DNA from: a virus | Lineage: Duplodnaviria > Caudoviricetes | DNA: 37,817 bases | Strand: one strand, 5' to 3' | IMG/VR virus record: IMGVR_UViG_3300026187_000035 | Location: 1 to 37,817 of that record | In this document: one piece after another, positions 1 to 8,122 of the stretch | Position numbering within the stretch: position 1 is the stretch's first letter | Layout of the letters: every line of letters starts with the position of its first letter | Position numbers and translations under genes: made by a program | The notes under the pieces: model-generated | What the model was told of the DNA's origin: nothing | Databases searched by the model: none | What the model saw: the letters and a program-made list of their open reading frames with translations, nothing else

Positions 1-1
1 T

Positions 2-415
2 GGTACAAGTTCTCCAACTGCACAACTTGATGTTACAGAAACAATCCAAATTGATAATACAGTTACAATAGGTGGCTCAGTATTTACTGGACAGTTTGAT
101 ATTCAATTAAATGATTTACAAGCAGTTAATGGAAATCAACATAGAAGATATGGTCTTAGATTAAGCTATGGAGGAATTGCAGGAAATGCAACAAATGGAC
201 AACAAAAAGATGTTTTAATAGTTATATCAGGATTATCAAGTTGGACTTCTGCTATACCAATAGATACTGGTGGTGGAACTATAGCTGTTACTGTTACAAG
301 TTCATCTTCTAATAGTATGAATATAAGAGTAACCACACCTGCAAGTAATTGTGTTGGTGCTTATGTAGCTACATTATTTGCCTCAGGTGCAACAACAATG
401 ATTTGTTATGGATAG
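2..415 (+). CDS. Tail fibre / receptor-binding protein, C-terminal part (5' truncated)
   Basis: Open frame from base 2 (GTSSPTAQLDV...ATTMICYG, TAG 413-415). It is Gly/Ser/Thr-rich, and the GTSSP..LDV motif is typical of marine phage fibres. The window ends in a tail-fibre N-terminus. Confidence 0.75.
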   Translation, partial: GTSSPTAQLDVTETIQIDNTVTIGGSVFTGQFDIQLNDLQAVNGNQHRRYGLRLSYGGIAGNATNGQQKDVLIVISGLSSWTSAIPIDTGGGTIAVTVTSSSSNSMNIRVTTPASNCVGAYVATLFASGATTMICYG

Positions 416-424
416 GAGAATAAT

Positions 425-784
425 ATGAATTTAACATGGACAATAAATAATATGACAACCGAAGGTGAACATAATTCAGTTAGAACGATTGAATATACTG
501 TTACTGGTACAGATGAAAATAATAACACAGCTTCTATTAAAGGTGCTGTTGGTTTTAAATTAAGAGATGGAACTGAAACTGATTTTATTGATTACAATAC
601 CATAGATACAACAACTGCAATCTCTTGGATTAAACAAGCATTAACACCAGTTGTTTTAGATGATGATGGAAATGAAACAGATATTGATGCTTGGTCTGAA
701 GTTGAGATGTTTATTAAAATGGATATTCAACAGAAGATAAAAGAAAACCAAACTAATTTGCCTTCGGCAATAACAACACCATAA
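425..784 (+). CDS. Hypothetical tail-fibre-associated protein
   Basis: AGGAG RBS; follows the fibre gene; N-terminus resembles the next ORF. Confidence 0.7.
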   Translation: MNLTWTINNMTTEGEHNSVRTIEYTVTGTDENNNTASIKGAVGFKLRDGTETDFIDYNTIDTTTAISWIKQALTPVVLDDDGNETDIDAWSEVEMFIKMDIQQKIKENQTNLPSAITTP

Positions 785-797
785 TAGGAGATAAACT

Positions 798-1088
798 ATG
801 GCAATAACATACGAATGGTCTTTTCCAAACTTTGAGACAAACTCAGAGAATGTAGTTAAGACAATACACTGGAGATATACAGCAGTAGATGGAGAACACT
901 CTGCATCTATGTATGGCTCTTGTGCAGGTTCAGATACTATGAACTTTGCTAGCATGACTAAGGAGCATTGCGAAAATTGTGTTCTTGAAAACCAAGATAC
1001 TACAATTGAAGATATGCAAAGCAACTTGTCTGCACAAATCGAAGAACAGAAATCACCTGCATTGACATCAAAAACTAAGGAGTGGTAA
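798..1088 (+). CDS. Hypothetical tail-fibre-associated protein (paralogue of 425-784)
   Basis: AGGAG RBS; W...N..T...N.V.TI...T..D pattern shared with the upstream ORF. Confidence 0.7.
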   Translation: MAITYEWSFPNFETNSENVVKTIHWRYTAVDGEHSASMYGSCAGSDTMNFASMTKEHCENCVLENQDTTIEDMQSNLSAQIEEQKSPALTSKTKEW

Positions 1089-1312
1089 TGAACTTTAAGT
1101 TTGACGACAAAGACTACGATAGCGATAAGCTATCTGATAATGGTAAATTATATCTTGGTAAGTTACAAAATATAAATACCAAAGAACAACAGTTAAATTT
1201 AGAAGCTCAAGACTTAAATATCTTGAAAGCTAAATATACTGAATTGTTAAAAGCTGAACTGCCTAAAGATGAGGAAATCAAAGAAGATAAGGCAGAAGCT
1301 AAGAAGAAATAA
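1088..1312 (+). CDS. Hypothetical coiled-coil protein
   Basis: TAATG coupling with the previous gene, AAGGAG upstream. Confidence 0.7.
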   Translation: MNFKFDDKDYDSDKLSDNGKLYLGKLQNINTKEQQLNLEAQDLNILKAKYTELLKAELPKDEEIKEDKAEAKKK

Positions 1313-1548
1313 TGCCTAGAAAACTAACCTCAAAACAGTATGCTGACGTGGCTACTGGGGTTAGACTTTCATCACATGAGAAACTTTGTGCTGAACGAAT
1401 GGAAAATATTCTTAAAAGTATAGAAGAAATGAAAAAAGAAATTAAGTCGTTAAGACAAGATGTTTCTATGGGTAAAGGTGGACTTAGAGTTATCTTAGCT
1501 ATAGGTACAATAATTGTTGGAATTATAGGTTATTTTAACTGGAAATAA
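1312..1548 (+). CDS. Coiled-coil protein with C-terminal TM helix (possible lysis accessory)
   Basis: SHEKLCAERM motif, coiled coil, hydrophobic C-terminus. Confidence 0.65.
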   Translation: MPRKLTSKQYADVATGVRLSSHEKLCAERMENILKSIEEMKKEIKSLRQDVSMGKGGLRVILAIGTIIVGIIGYFNWK

Positions 1549-1565
1549 ACATATGGAGTGTGAGT

Positions 1566-1778
1566 ATGGCAAGATGGTTTGCGTTCGCGTTCACAATGTT
1601 AGGCACATGGATTCTAACTAACACAAATACTGAGTATTTTTCATTGGGTTGGGGAATATCAGCAATATCAACATTAGCATGGGCATATTTTGCCTATAAA
1701 GATAAAGACATTCCTCGAGGATTAATGGAACTATGTTTTGTTATCTTATGCATTAGAGGAGTTATCAATTTTTATTAA
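1566..1778 (+). CDS. Small multi-TM membrane protein
   Basis: Three hydrophobic segments; GGAG upstream; the ATG at 1566 or the GTG at 1560 could be the start. Confidence 0.6.
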   Translation: MARWFAFAFTMLGTWILTNTNTEYFSLGWGISAISTLAWAYFAYKDKDIPRGLMELCFVILCIRGVINFY

Positions 1779-1922
1779 ATGGCTAAAAAGAAAAATAGTT
1801 TGCTTTCAAAAGAAGAACACGAAAGCAGATCTAGATTTAAAAAAACAAGTATTTCGACTAATCCGTCCAGGATTAAATGGTCATCAATGAACAAATCAAA
1901 AAGAAGACAACACAAAAAATGA
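1779..1922 (+). CDS. Small basic protein, 47 aa (not in ORF track)
   Basis: MAKKKNSLLSKEEHESRSRFKKTSISTNPSRIKWSSMNKSKRRQHKK; abuts the previous stop and overlaps the next start (ATGA). Confidence 0.6.
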   Translation: MAKKKNSLLSKEEHESRSRFKKTSISTNPSRIKWSSMNKSKRRQHKK

Positions 1923-2287
1923 AAATATCAGAAAACACTTCAGTAAGTATGCCGGTCAAAAATATGCTGGCGATAATAGCTGGAGTTGCTATGGGAGTTT
2001 TTGCGTACACAGAAGTAACCGCAAGATTAACAAGCCTTGAAACATCAAGAGAATTATTTGAGAATGATCTACTTAAAAAATCTGAACAAGTACCAACTGA
2101 CCAGGAGCAACATTTTTTATTAGAAGATCTTTACAAGACAGTAGAGAAATTACAGTCTACTCAAGAAATGAATATGACTAATAAAGTTAATATAGAATTT
2201 TTAAAATCACAACTTGAGAAAGCATTAACTGATATTGAACATTTAAAAGATAAAGTAAGAGCAAATGGCAACGGGACGAGTCACTAA
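1919..2287 (+). CDS. Membrane-anchored coiled-coil protein
   Basis: Start MKISENT by ATGA coupling; N-terminal TM followed by a coiled coil. Confidence 0.7.
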   Translation: MKISENTSVSMPVKNMLAIIAGVAMGVFAYTEVTARLTSLETSRELFENDLLKKSEQVPTDQEQHFLLEDLYKTVEKLQSTQEMNMTNKVNIEFLKSQLEKALTDIEHLKDKVRANGNGTSH

Positions 2288-2435
2288 AAAAGTTTTAGAT
2301 CATATCGCAAAAATAAATAAACAAAATGAAGAATTGCGTATGACAAAAGATTTAAAAAAAGAAGTTGAGATTGGAAAACATGGTACTCAAAAATACATAT
2401 TAAAAAATGGAATAAACAAAGGTAAGATATTATGA
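2265..2435 (+). CDS. Small basic protein, 56 aa (not in ORF track)
   Basis: MATGRVTKKVLDHIAKINKQ...GINKGKIL; ATGA overlap with the ORF at 2432. Confidence 0.6.
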   Translation: MATGRVTKKVLDHIAKINKQNEELRMTKDLKKEVEIGKHGTQKYILKNGINKGKIL

Positions 2436-2644
2436 CAGAATTAATTATAGCTTTGTTAATGATTGTCAATGGCGAAATTAAAGAGCATCGAATCCAGCCT
2501 AGTATGTCAGAATGTTTAAAAGGAAAGAGAATTGCTTCTCGTAATGTTTCTAATTCAGTAGAATACCAATGTATTAAATCTTTTGCTGAAATAGAAATCG
2601 ACAAATTAGGTAACAAACATATAAATAAATTAATATTAGAATAA
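2432..2644 (+). CDS. Hypothetical protein
   Basis: ORF track; coupled start; two Cys. Confidence 0.65.
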   Translation: MTELIIALLMIVNGEIKEHRIQPSMSECLKGKRIASRNVSNSVEYQCIKSFAEIEIDKLGNKHINKLILE

Positions 2645-2653
2645 AGGAAAAAA

Positions 2654-2788
2654 ATGACTTATAGTACAATAGGCGCATTATTTAATAACGACATATCAGT
2701 ATTAAATTTAATAATACTTTGCGTTATTACCGTTAAAGTTTGGAATGTAAAATGTAAATGTAAAGGTGGTAATTGTGGCCAAAAGTAA
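2654..2788 (+). CDS. Small TM protein with Cys-rich tail, 44 aa (not in ORF track)
   Basis: AAAGGA RBS; MTYSTIGALFNNDISVLNLIILCVITVKVWNVKCKCKGGNCGQK. Confidence 0.55.
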   Translation: MTYSTIGALFNNDISVLNLIILCVITVKVWNVKCKCKGGNCGQK

Positions 2789-2891
2789 ATTTTGTAAAAA
2801 ATGTCATCACCCATGTCATTGCGGAGAAGACAAAGATCTTCATGCCGACGAATATGGAGTGTGTACTTGTGAGGAATGCAAATGTGGTTAA
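2775..2891 (+). CDS. Cys/His-rich metal-binding miniprotein, 38 aa (not in ORF track)
   Basis: GTG start after AAAGGTGG; MAKSKFCKKCHHPCHCGEDKDLHADEYGVCTCEECKCG (8 Cys, 4 His). Confidence 0.6.
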   Translation: MAKSKFCKKCHHPCHCGEDKDLHADEYGVCTCEECKCG

Positions 2892-3271
2892 CTATAGCGT
2901 CTAAACTAGTACCTGGAATTATTAAAACAGGAATGTCAATTGCTTCTAATAGAAGAAGAACTAAAGAATTAGAATCAGTAGCAGAAATGAAACACGCAGA
3001 ACGAATGGCTTCTGGTGAAATAGAATATCAAAAAGCAGTTATTGCGAACAATCAACAAGGATGGAAAGACGAATTTGTTTTGATTCTTGTGTCGGCTCCT
3101 GTGATGATCTTAATTTGGTCTATATTTAGTGAAGACCCAGAGATTATGTCAAAAGTCGATATGTTTTTTGATAAATTTAATAATATGCCTTTTTGGTACC
3201 AAGCACTTTTTATCGGAGTAGTTAGTGCAATTTATGGACTTAAAGGCGCAGACATAATGAAGAAAAAATAA
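2882..3271 (+). CDS. Putative holin-like membrane protein
   Basis: GAGGA RBS; WKDEF-TM...PFWY-TM-YGLKG pattern resembles 3TM holin-like proteins; lies near the amidase. Confidence 0.55.
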   Translation: MWLTIASKLVPGIIKTGMSIASNRRRTKELESVAEMKHAERMASGEIEYQKAVIANNQQGWKDEFVLILVSAPVMILIWSIFSEDPEIMSKVDMFFDKFNNMPFWYQALFIGVVSAIYGLKGADIMKKK

Positions 3272-3390
3272 TGAAGAAAAAAGAAAAGCAGACAGTATTA
3301 TGGACCATCTACCATACCGTTTTAGCAGTAGAATTAGCCATAATAATTGCAATCGAACTTTACGAACAAATACAAAGGAGTGGAATATGA
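3271..3390 (+). CDS. Small single-TM protein, 39 aa (not in ORF track)
   Basis: MKKKEKQTVLWTIYHTVLAVELAIIIAIELYEQIQRSGI; translationally coupled at both ends. Confidence 0.6.
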   Translation: MKKKEKQTVLWTIYHTVLAVELAIIIAIELYEQIQRSGI

Positions 3391-3506
3391 GTATATGGGA
3401 AAGAGCCTGGATTTGGTGGGATAAGACTCTTACTAAAAGAGGCAAAATGGCTGTAGCATTTTGTGCAGCTATAATACTTTTAACGATTTGGAATTGGATA
3501 TTCTAA
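3387..3506 (+). CDS. Small single-TM protein, 39 aa
   Basis: AAGGAG RBS before MSIWERAWIWW; C-terminal TM. Confidence 0.6.
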   Translation: MSIWERAWIWWDKTLTKRGKMAVAFCAAIILLTIWNWIF

Positions 3507-3935
3507 ATGGACGTTAAATATATTGTGGTACATTGTTCAGCAACACGGCCATCACAAGACATTGGTGCAAGAACTATTAATGCTTGGCACAAAGAACGTG
3601 GATTTGATAAAATAGGTTATCACTATGTTATTAAAAGAAACGGTAATGTAGAATTAGGTCGTGATGAACAAACTCAAGGCGCACATGCTTTGGGTTATAA
3701 CCACAATAGTCTTGGTATCTGTCTAGTAGGCGGATCACAAGAAGAAGATCATACAAAAGCTGAAAACAATTTCACAGACGATCAATGGAATAGTTTTGGT
3801 TACCTAATAGATCAACTAGAAGACAAATATTTGGGAGTTAAAATTATTGGGCATAACGAAATAAGTAAAAAAGAATGTCCAGCATTCGACGTACAGGAGT
3901 GGAACAATGAGCGAATCAGAAAAGACGAAAAGTAA
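3507..3935 (+). CDS. N-acetylmuramoyl-L-alanine amidase (T7 lysozyme family endolysin)
   Basis: VVHCSAT, IGYHYVI, GAHA, GICLVGG, IIGHNE, KECPAF: all zinc ligands and the catalytic Tyr of T7 gp3.5 are present. Confidence 0.95.
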   Translation: MDVKYIVVHCSATRPSQDIGARTINAWHKERGFDKIGYHYVIKRNGNVELGRDEQTQGAHALGYNHNSLGICLVGGSQEEDHTKAENNFTDDQWNSFGYLIDQLEDKYLGVKIIGHNEISKKECPAFDVQEWNNERIRKDEK

Positions 3936-4140
3936 AGCCCAAGAAATAACAACATTATTAATTAATCAAGCACATCAAAAGTTATCAAGTGGAGTAGAAT
4001 TATCAGCAAGTGATTTAAAGGTTTGTTTAGATATTTCTAAAGCTTATGGCATTGAAGAAAAAGAAAAACCTACAAACATAATTGAAAATTTACCATTTGA
4101 TGAATTAGAAAAGGACCAAAATGAAGAAGAGAAATTATAA
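3907..4140 (+). CDS. Terminase small subunit (T7 gp18-like)
   Basis: Size, position before terL, SASDL...LPF pattern. Confidence 0.7.
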   Translation: MSESEKTKSKAQEITTLLINQAHQKLSSGVELSASDLKVCLDISKAYGIEEKEKPTNIIENLPFDELEKDQNEEEKL

Positions 4141-4345
4141 GCAAGAATATCTTACATACGGTTCTACAACTAAAGCAAAAAAAGATAGAGCTTCTAGAAA
4201 CAAAGTTAGAAGAGCTTTAACTAGAACAGGAAGAGTATCTAAAGGTGACGGTAAAGATATTGATCATCGTGATGGTAACCCAAGAAATAATTCTCGAAGA
4301 AATTTAAGAGTTATGTCTAGAAGTAGAAACAGAGCTAAGCACTAA
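4121..4345 (+). CDS. Small HNH endonuclease
   Basis: DIDHRDGNPRNNSRRNLRVMSRSRNR motif; lies between terS and terL. Confidence 0.85.
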   Translation: MKKRNYKQEYLTYGSTTKAKKDRASRNKVRRALTRTGRVSKGDGKDIDHRDGNPRNNSRRNLRVMSRSRNRAKH

Positions 4346-5991
4346 TGGACCCAAGATTAAAAGATTTTAAAAATTTTTTGTATCTAACATGGAACCATCT
4401 TAATTTACCCGAACCCACACCTATTCAATATGATATTGCGGACTTCTTACAACATGGTCCTAAAAGATTAGTTATAGAAGCCTTTCGTGGTGTAGGTAAA
4501 TCATGGATTACATCTGCTTTTGTGTGTCATCAATTATTATTAGATCCACAAAAAAATATATTAGTTGTTTCAGCATCTAAAAGTAGATCTGATGATTTTT
4601 CAACGTTTACACAAAGACTTATAAGTGAAATGGACATATTAGAACATTTACAACCGAGAAATGATCAAAGACATTCTAAAATTAGTTTTGATGTAGGACC
4701 TGCAAGAGCATCTCATGCTCCTTCAGTTAAATCATTAGGTGTTACGTCACAGTTAACAGGATCACGTGCTGATCTTATTGTAGCTGATGACGTAGAATCA
4801 GCAAATAATAGTCAAACACAATTAATGAGAGACAGATTAAGTGAAACTGTAAAAGAATTTGATGCAATTATAAAACCAGAAGTAGGTAGAATTGTATTTC
4901 TAGGAACACCTCAAACAGAATTTAGTTTATATAATAGTTTAGAAGACCGTGGATTTAAAACACGTATATGGCCAGCTAGAATGCCTAATGATTCACAAAG
5001 AATCAGTTACGGAAACAAACTAGCACCTAAATTAATAAAAGCAAAAGGTAAACCAGGCGATCCAATAGACGCAAAACGTTTTGATGAGACAGACTTATTA
5101 GAACGTGAAGCATCTTATGGTCGTTCAGGCTTTGCATTACAGTTTATGTTGGACACAACACTATCTGATATGGATAGATACCCACTTAAACTAAATGATC
5201 TTATAGTTTTGTCCGGTTGTAGTAGTTGGAAAGAAGCTCCAGTGAAAGTATTATGGGCAAGTGGGCAAGATAATATTAAAAGTTTAGATCCCGATATTCC
5301 TAACGTAGGCTTAAAAGGAGATTACTATACATCTCCAATGCATGTGAGTGATGAATATAAGGAATTCGAAGGATCTGTGCTTGCCATCGACCCAAGTGGA
5401 CGTGGTGCTGACAAAACGGCATATACAGTAGTTAAAATGCTACACGGATGCTTATATATTACAGACTTCGGCGCCCTCGATGGCGGGTATGATGAGGTTA
5501 CACTCAAAAGAATTGTATCTGCAGCTAAGAAACAAAATGTAAATCAAATAGTTGTAGAAAGTAACTTTGGAGATGGTATGTTTCTTCAGATATTGCAACC
5601 AATATTACAAAAGTATTATCCTTGCAGTATAGAAGAAGTAAGACACAATGTTCAAAAAGAGAAAAGAATTATAGATACATTGGAACCAGTCATGAATCAA
5701 CACAGACTTATTGTTGATGACAAACTAATACGTAATGATTTTAATAATCACGAACAAGATCATAGATTGTTCTTTCAGATGTCTAGATTAACACGTGACA
5801 AAGGGTCATTGAGACACGATGACTTACTAGATTGTTTAAGTATGGCTGTAAACTATTGGACAACAGTAATGGATGTAGATCAAGATCAAGCTGGAGTCGA
5901 ACATAGAGAATCAATGTTACAAAAAGATTTAGACAGATTCATGGAGAATGCCACAGGTAGACCTCAACGTCGCGCAAATTGGATAGGTTAG
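4345..5991 (+). CDS. terL: Terminase large subunit (T7 gp19-like)
   Basis: AFRGVGKS Walker A, LTGSRADLIVADD, IDPSGRGAD, ESNFGDG, HDDLLD. Confidence 0.97.
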   Translation: MDPRLKDFKNFLYLTWNHLNLPEPTPIQYDIADFLQHGPKRLVIEAFRGVGKSWITSAFVCHQLLLDPQKNILVVSASKSRSDDFSTFTQRLISEMDILEHLQPRNDQRHSKISFDVGPARASHAPSVKSLGVTSQLTGSRADLIVADDVESANNSQTQLMRDRLSETVKEFDAIIKPEVGRIVFLGTPQTEFSLYNSLEDRGFKTRIWPARMPNDSQRISYGNKLAPKLIKAKGKPGDPIDAKRFDETDLLEREASYGRSGFALQFMLDTTLSDMDRYPLKLNDLIVLSGCSSWKEAPVKVLWASGQDNIKSLDPDIPNVGLKGDYYTSPMHVSDEYKEFEGSVLAIDPSGRGADKTAYTVVKMLHGCLYITDFGALDGGYDEVTLKRIVSAAKKQNVNQIVVESNFGDGMFLQILQPILQKYYPCSIEEVRHNVQKEKRIIDTLEPVMNQHRLIVDDKLIRNDFNNHEQDHRLFFQMSRLTRDKGSLRHDDLLDCLSMAVNYWTTVMDVDQDQAGVEHRESMLQKDLDRFMENATGRPQRRANWIG

Positions 5992-6052
5992 GCCTCACCA
6001 GAGCGCGTGTGGTAGCCTTTTATCTAGTCCTGAGTATGTTTATATACTAGGA

Positions 6053-6070
6053 AATTGGTACACGTATCGG
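6053..6070 (+). promoter_or_regulatory. Putative phage RNAP promoter (degenerate copy)
   Basis: AATTGGTACACGTATCGG matches 8669-8689 over AATTGGTACAC-TAT. Confidence 0.5.
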
Positions 6071-6113
6071 TATGGCCCTTGTGTATGTCATGGATAGTAA
6101 CAACGAGATAGAT

Positions 6114-6134
6114 TAATTGGAGCCTCTATTAGAG
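6114..6134 (+). promoter_or_regulatory. Putative phage RNAP promoter near the right genome end
   Basis: TAATTGGAGCCTCTATTAGAG is a hybrid of the two promoter classes seen elsewhere; it is followed by a hairpin (6134-6172). Confidence 0.55.
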
Positions 6135-6180
6135 AAGGGCTCTTATGGTCTCTCTCCCAATAGGAGCTCTTCGCAACAAA

Positions 6181-6465
6181 ATGAAATATCCAAAAGTCAC
6201 TAAGCAGATCTTGAAGGCTGATTATGTACAAGTAACATGGTCAGACATCAACAGCGATTCTTCTTGGAAGACACTTAAGGACGCAATGAACAGTAAGGTA
6301 ACAATATGTATCAGTACTGGTTGGTTGATTAGACAGGACAAAGACGTACATGTCATTGTGGCTGATGTTAACTTTAATGACGATGGGACACTTGGAGACG
6401 TTGGGAACATAACAACAATGCCTAGTTCTAATGTACTAAAGGTTACAAAGGTTCCTAATGTTTAG
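6181..6465 (+). CDS. Conserved hypothetical phage protein
   Basis: V.W.D...W...C.S.GW motif; last gene before the non-coding region; start at MKYPK. Confidence 0.7.
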   Translation: MKYPKVTKQILKADYVQVTWSDINSDSSWKTLKDAMNSKVTICISTGWLIRQDKDVHVIVADVNFNDDGTLGDVGNITTMPSSNVLKVTKVPNV

Positions 6466-6711
6466 TCCGATGTTTGGGTAGAAAAATCTAAGAGGCCTTA
6501 TGATATAAATAGGCGCGAGGGTCCCCCTCCGCGATTTTATGGCACTATGTCACTGATTATGTCACGCGTCGGTCCACAAATCAAATGAATCAATAACAAT
6601 CAACAGATGATTTATCTCTTTTGTTGGGTATTGTGACACACAGTCGCGCGCCGCATTTGTTTTTGCTCTTATGTTTTTGTGTGGGCACTTTGGTTTTTTT
6701 GTCGTTGGATT

Positions 6712-6873
6712 TTATTTATATAATTTGATTATATTAATCCATTGACGAAGAGTCGATTTTAGTTTTGTTGTATTGTATCTAATTAAATCTTTTATAAATA
6801 ATAACTTTTGTTTATTAGTAGTTAGTTTATAAAAAGAATAATAGATAAGATACAACTCTTCTTTTCTATTCAT
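6712..6873 (-). CDS. Counter-oriented small basic protein, 53 aa (not in ORF track)
   Basis: MNRKEELYLIYYSFYKLTTNKQKLLFIKDLIRYNTTKLKSTLRQWINIIKLYK; preceded on the minus strand by TGGAAAGGG, the same RBS used by the early genes at 7116 and 7756. Confidence 0.6.
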   Translation of the reverse strand: MNRKEELYLIYYSFYKLTTNKQKLLFIKDLIRYNTTKLKSTLRQWINIIKLYK

Positions 6874-6970
6874 ATATCCCTTTCCACTTATTAATATATA
6901 TTATATAAAACACGTGTACACATATGTACTTTATAACCATTATAAAGTGGATTGTTATAGTATGATATAA

Positions 6971-6987
6971 ATGTCACAGTGTGACAT
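6971..6987. promoter_or_regulatory. Perfect inverted repeat ATGTCAC-AGT-GTGACAT (operator-like)
   Basis: Read directly. TGTCAC half-sites recur at 6548, 6560, 6633 (inverted) and 7031. Confidence 0.5.
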
Positions 6988-7049
6988 ATATGATACTATC
7001 ATTACAATAAATAATACAATTGTGCATAAGTGTCACAGCTGTAATTTTT

Positions 7050-7109
7050 TTGTATACAAATAAAAATAATTATCGTACTATGGATCCATAAATAACTTAA
7101 TGGAAAGGG
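7050..7109 (+). promoter_or_regulatory. Host sigma70-type early promoter plus 22-bp leader repeat, copy 1
   Basis: TATACA-17 bp-TACTAT, then ATAAATAACTTAATGGAAAGGG at 7088-7109. Confidence 0.5.
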
Positions 7110-7115
7110 TTACAA

Positions 7116-7538
7116 ATGAGTAAAGTATACGAAGTAAAAGACGGCGACAAAATTATCAAAATAAAAGCTAATGGATTATGTGATCTAGAAGAGAAATTAA
7201 TGCAACGAGATGTTGCGTTAAACTTTAAAAGATCGGATAATATTAGCGGTACGTGTTTAAAAGGATATATCACAACTACATACGATAATCTTTTATCTAA
7301 ATTACCAAAACCAATCGATAATTTTGATGATTATAAATGTGATGTTGAATGGGGATTAGAATTTCCAGACGGAACTAAAGCTACTATTTATAATTATAAG
7401 AACGGAAGAAATTATCTTGGAGAGAATGGTAAAGACAAAGAAGATATAACTCAATGGAATATCGGCGGTACATCACATAAAGCGGTCGAGTATGTATCTA
7501 ATATTCTTGGAGTAAAAGGAGAGGAGTTTAAAATATGA
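7116..7538 (+). CDS. Early hypothetical protein
   Basis: GGAAAGGG RBS; K.DVEW...ATIYNYK...WNIGG motif seen in phage early proteins. Confidence 0.8.
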   Translation: MSKVYEVKDGDKIIKIKANGLCDLEEKLMQRDVALNFKRSDNISGTCLKGYITTTYDNLLSKLPKPIDNFDDYKCDVEWGLEFPDGTKATIYNYKNGRNYLGENGKDKEDITQWNIGGTSHKAVEYVSNILGVKGEEFKI

Positions 7539-7705
7539 TATATTTCTTATTATTCGGATTTGCTATCATCAGCGTATTTGCGTATCTAGGTATCAAAGGA
7601 ACTAATGAAATTATAGATTATAATGCTAGATATGAATATAACGATAATTGTCATTGTGGATATTGTAAATCGTGGAGAAAAATAAATAATATGTACAATG
7701 GTTAA
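7535..7705 (+). CDS. Early small TM protein with CHCGYC motif, 56 aa (not in ORF track)
   Basis: GAGGAG RBS, ATGA overlap; MIYFLLFGFAIISVFAYLGIKG...NCHCGYCKSW. Confidence 0.65.
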   Translation: MIYFLLFGFAIISVFAYLGIKGTNEIIDYNARYEYNDNCHCGYCKSWRKINNMYNG

Positions 7706-7747
7706 TAAATGCTTACAATAAACTAATAAATAACTTAATGGAAAGGG
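7691..7747 (+). promoter_or_regulatory. Host sigma70-type early promoter plus 22-bp leader repeat, copy 2
   Basis: TGTACA-16 bp-TACAAT, then an identical ATAAATAACTTAATGGAAAGGG at 7726-7747. Confidence 0.5.
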
Positions 7748-7755
7748 GTTATAAT

Positions 7756-8121
7756 ATGACGGCTAAAACAATAACAATAAATATCAGTGAAAATCAAGAG
7801 CAATTATTAAAAGAAATAAATGCTGAAGGTATTCATCACTCTTCTAAAAATCCAATACTAAATGACGTTATCGATAATCTTTGTGCACAATTAAATACTG
7901 ATGAAGATAATAAAAATAACGACAAACCTAAATTAAAAACTTTTGTTTCAAGTATAAAAGTTGAAGGTTCGTTAGGAGTAATGGTTGATGCTAAAGATGA
8001 AGAAGAAGCATTACAAAAAATAAAAGATGGTGAGTATGAAACAAACGATGATTGCTTTAGTTTGCAAGATTGTGATTTGCTTACCGATAAAATAACTGAA
8101 GATGATTTGGAGGAGATGTAA
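7756..8121 (+). CDS. Early acidic hypothetical protein
   Basis: Start MTAKT after GGAAAGGGG; V.V.AKDEEEAL motif; very acidic C-terminus. Confidence 0.75.
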   Translation: MTAKTITINISENQEQLLKEINAEGIHHSSKNPILNDVIDNLCAQLNTDEDNKNNDKPKLKTFVSSIKVEGSLGVMVDAKDEEEALQKIKDGEYETNDDCFSLQDCDLLTDKITEDDLEEM

Positions 8122-8122
8122 T

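Larger units (their letters stand above)
6466..7115. other. Genome-end / early control region (probable terminal-repeat junction)
   Basis: Largest low-coding gap, located between the terminase region and the early genes, where T7-like genomes have their termini. The exact repeat cannot be seen in a collapsed assembly. Confidence 0.6.
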
